Source of the DNA: Thiotrichaceae bacterium
GTDB taxonomy: Bacteria > Pseudomonadota > Gammaproteobacteria > SZUA-140
DNA: 64,000 nt
Direction of reading: 5' to 3'
Assembly: GCA_002401765.2 (NCBI GenBank)
Contig: NVTY02000061.1
Span: 5,051-69,050 of the forward strand
Position numbers and translations under genes: made by a program. Below the pieces are notes generated by a model that saw only the letters and a program-made list of their open reading frames with translations, ran no database searches and was not told the origin of the DNA. Shown piece by piece: positions 61,561 through 64,000 of the stretch. Position 1 is the stretch's first letter. Every line of letters begins with the position of its first letter.

Positions 61561-62931
61561 CGGTTCATCCCCACGCATGTGGGGAACACGCACTCTAGCG
61601 CCGCACCATCACTCACTCCAGCGGTTCATCCCCACGCATGTGGGGAACACCTTTAGATGTTGGACGGCGCATGGTTGATTATCGGTTCATCCCCACGCAT
61701 GTGGGGAACACTAGATCAATCGATCCTTAACCATATTTGAGGGCGGTTCATCCCCACGCATGTGGGGAACACTTCCGGCCCCCATGCAACCAACGGCGTT
61801 GACCCGGTTCATCCCCACGCATGTGGGGAACACTCGTTCCCACCGATACTGTCAAAAAATGAATACGGTTCATCCCCACGCATGTGGGGAACACTCGATG
61901 GGTACTGCAGCGTAAAAGAAGAAGACCGGTTCATCCCCACGCATGTGGGGAACACCATCGCCTGCGCTGTCTAATCTGCAACTCAAGCGGTTCATCCCCA
62001 CGCATGTGGGGAACACGCCCGCCCCTTAAATTTATGCAATTATAACCACGGTTCATCCCCACGCATGTGGGGAACACCGTACTTTCGTTGCATGTACCGC
62101 CTAAAAATACGGTTCATCCCCACGCATGTGGGGAACACTCAAGCTCTCGCCTGTACCATTTCCTAAGAGTCGGTTCATCCCCACGCATGTGGGGAACACC
62201 TCAGCTACAAAATCCAGAGTTTCAGGCATCTCGGTTCATCCCCACGCATGTGGGGAACACATCTCTTTTCAGGCCCATGTATTTTTCCAACTCGGTTCAT
62301 CCCCACGCATGTGGGGAACACTCACTTCAAACGTTATGCTACAAGTTGTTCTGCGGTTCATCCCCACGCATGTGGGGAACACTAAATGGGAAGACAAAGC
62401 GCGTACGAATATTTCGGTTCATCCCCACGCATGTGGGGAACACCTAGTCAGCGTGCGCTGTATCGCGTGAGCGTCCGGTTCATCCCCACGCATGTGGGGA
62501 ACACACCACCATCAGCGCGTATGTCGAGACCTGAGGCGGTTCATCCCCACGCATGTGGGGAACACTGACTACAGCTTTTCGCGTGTGTATCCAATGACGG
62601 TTCATCCCCACGCATGTGGGGAACACCATGCGAGATTTGAGGTGATGACGTAACCACGCGGTTCATCCCCACGCATGTGGGGAACACTGATTGATCACGT
62701 GTATGAGCCCTCGGACAGACGGTTCATCCCCACGCATGTGGGGAACACCCATCACGACGGTCTATACCATAAGCTAGAGGCGGTTCATCCCCACGCATGT
62801 GGGGAACACGAGGGCGAAAAAGATCAGGCATTAAAATGGAGCGGTTCATCCCCACGCATGTGGGGAACACAACATGTTCGACGGCGCTGTGAGATCGGGA
62901 GCCGGTTCATCCCCACGCATGTGGGGAACAC
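61561..62931 (-). CRISPR. Type I-E CRISPR array, 23 repeats and 22 spacers
   Basis: Identical 29-nt repeat GTGTTCCCCACATGCGTGGGGATGAACCG (minus strand), 32-nt spacers, strict 61-nt period; leader on the cas2 side. Confidence 0.99.
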
Positions 62932-63115
62932 ACTAAGTGTACCTGACTGATCCTGAAAGAGAAATTAAGCTCATAAAAAACTACCGATTTTTTAGACCTC
63001 AAAAACCTTCCACAAAGCTGGCAGGAAACAACTTTGATTTACTCCAAATTGTAAAAGAACTGAATAGATCAAATCAAAAACGGAACATTCCCACAATCTC
63101 AGAATGAGGATGCTA
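62932..63115 (-). promoter_or_regulatory. CRISPR leader
   Basis: AT-rich, between cas2 and the first repeat; minus strand TTCTTTTACAA...AAAAATCGGTAGTTTTTT...ACTTAGT, typical of I-E leaders. Confidence 0.85.

Positions 63116-64000
<885 letters not shown>

Noticed and set aside
61590-62902. Self-targeting or duplicated spacers within the window
   Set aside because: None noticed by eye; an exhaustive alignment could not be run, so no claim is made.
61420-62950. Several plus-strand ORFs with repeating [10 protein letters not shown] / VHPHACGEH / GSSPRMWGT
   Set aside because: They are translations of the CRISPR repeat, not genes.

Overview
Chromosomal window of a gammaproteobacterium. It is mostly conserved housekeeping blocks: lpxK-msbA-exbBD-comEC, lolC/E-lolD, thrS-infC-rpmI-rplT-pheST-ihfA, alaC-hom-thrC and rpoE-rseABC-degP-lepAB-rnc-era-recO-pdxJ-acpS, plus tRNA-Pro(GGG) and tRNA-Val(GAC). 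Accessory genes include a CusCBA/CusRS copper system, a periplasmic LigE-type ligase, an alpha-carbonic anhydrase, and a DUF1800/DUF1501-like pair converging on a TlpA-DUF4266-DUF3570-ApbE flavinylation cluster. The last 8 kb (55.7-64 kb) is a heavily rearranged defence hotspot. There a type I-E cas1-cas2-leader-CRISPR array (23 identical repeats, no degenerate terminal repeat) ends 18 bp from an integron-type GTTAGCT recombination core. Two integron cassettes follow with no integrase in the window: one ORF-poor and hairpin-rich, one with a controller-like HTH gene and a divergent microprotein. Further down are an unannotated cas5e/cas6e relic, an MNT antitoxin with a truncated HEPN partner, RhuM, a Bro-N fragment and an eCIS-effector-like protein. 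A REP-like palindrome with tandemly duplicated ends marks several breakpoints. All calls come from reading the sequence and recalled family motifs; no searches were run.
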